64,000 nt of DNA from Camelus ferus (Eukaryota), in the NCBI RefSeq assembly GCF_009834535.1, contig NC_045707.1:59956001-60020000 (forward strand), read 5' to 3'. The notes below the pieces were generated by a model. It saw only the letters and a program-made list of their open reading frames with translations. It made no database searches and was not told where the DNA came from. Below, piece after piece: positions 63,419 to 64,000 of the stretch (position 1 is its first letter; each line of letters begins with the position of its first letter). The translations under genes and the position numbers were made by a program.

Positions 63419-64000
63419 CTATGCTCTGCACTTTTGGATGCCTTGATATAGATTATGAGTCCTAGATTTAAGGGGGGGGGTGCTATTTTCTCACGAGAGA
63501 AAGTATTCTGAAGGAAACTTAAAAAAAAAAAAAATGACACGGCCAAGATGATAACAGATAAATGGTGCTAGAGCTGAGATCAAATCACAGCTGAAGAAAA
63601 CATATTGCTGGAATTTTGGTTACATAAGTCAAAAACAAAAATGTCCTTAGTTACACTACACTCCAATGCATTTTTTGAAACTCGCAACTCTCAGGTTGCT
63701 GATTGACATAGCCCATGTGGCTTTAGAGCCCTGCTTCATGTGCACTGTACTACACTGGCTCCCACTTTCCCCACTGCCAGACACCCAAAAAGCTATTACT
63801 TGCAGAACACCGCACAAAATCAAGAAATGAGGTTAAAAAAGAAAAAAAGACAATAATCAACAAACAATGATCCCAAAGCTTTTCCACGGTATGGAAGAAA
63901 TAGAATCTTTTTTTGTCCAGAGCTACTGGCGTGAAAGTTATTCCAAGCTGATACACTGATAAATAACTACTAAGAGCAAAGAAGGAGAAAACACTTAAAT

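Noticed and set aside
1..64000. Scattered AP-1 (TGAGTCA) sites; CRISPR arrays or prokaryotic-type systems
   Set aside because: The AP-1 7-mers are few, isolated and often inside repeats. The sequence is mammalian, with no repeat-spacer arrays or operon-like ORF clusters.

Overview
Non-coding mammalian genomic DNA, AT-rich and CpG-depleted. It is almost certainly from a camelid (camel, alpaca or llama): it carries four copies of a tRNA-derived SINE matching camelid Vic-1 plus cetartiodactyl/camelid-type L1 3' ends. I found no recognisable host protein-coding exon, RNA gene, CpG island or promoter. The only ORFs with recognisable protein similarity are decayed transposon proteins (L1 ORF2 and Tigger1 transposase). 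A large part of the window is interspersed repeats: L1, L2, MIR, MaLR/ERVL LTRs, hAT MITEs and two Tigger1 copies. The + strand looks A-rich by eye, which is compatible with (but does not prove) a very long intron of a minus-strand gene. The most informative structures are: (i) a near-full-length Tigger1 containing a 47-bp L1 tail with a perfect 18-bp target-site duplication, apparently nested in L2 and MIR; (ii) a second, internally deleted Tigger1 whose breakpoint lies on a 16-bp internal direct repeat visible in the full copy; (iii) a perfect overlapping double palindrome; (iv) a Tc1-like end with a 35-bp direct repeat; (v) a few unvalidated minus-strand exon candidates. I see no evidence for a novel multi-gene biological system. 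Repeat family names are recalled from consensus sequences, not from a search, and boundaries of old repeats are approximate.
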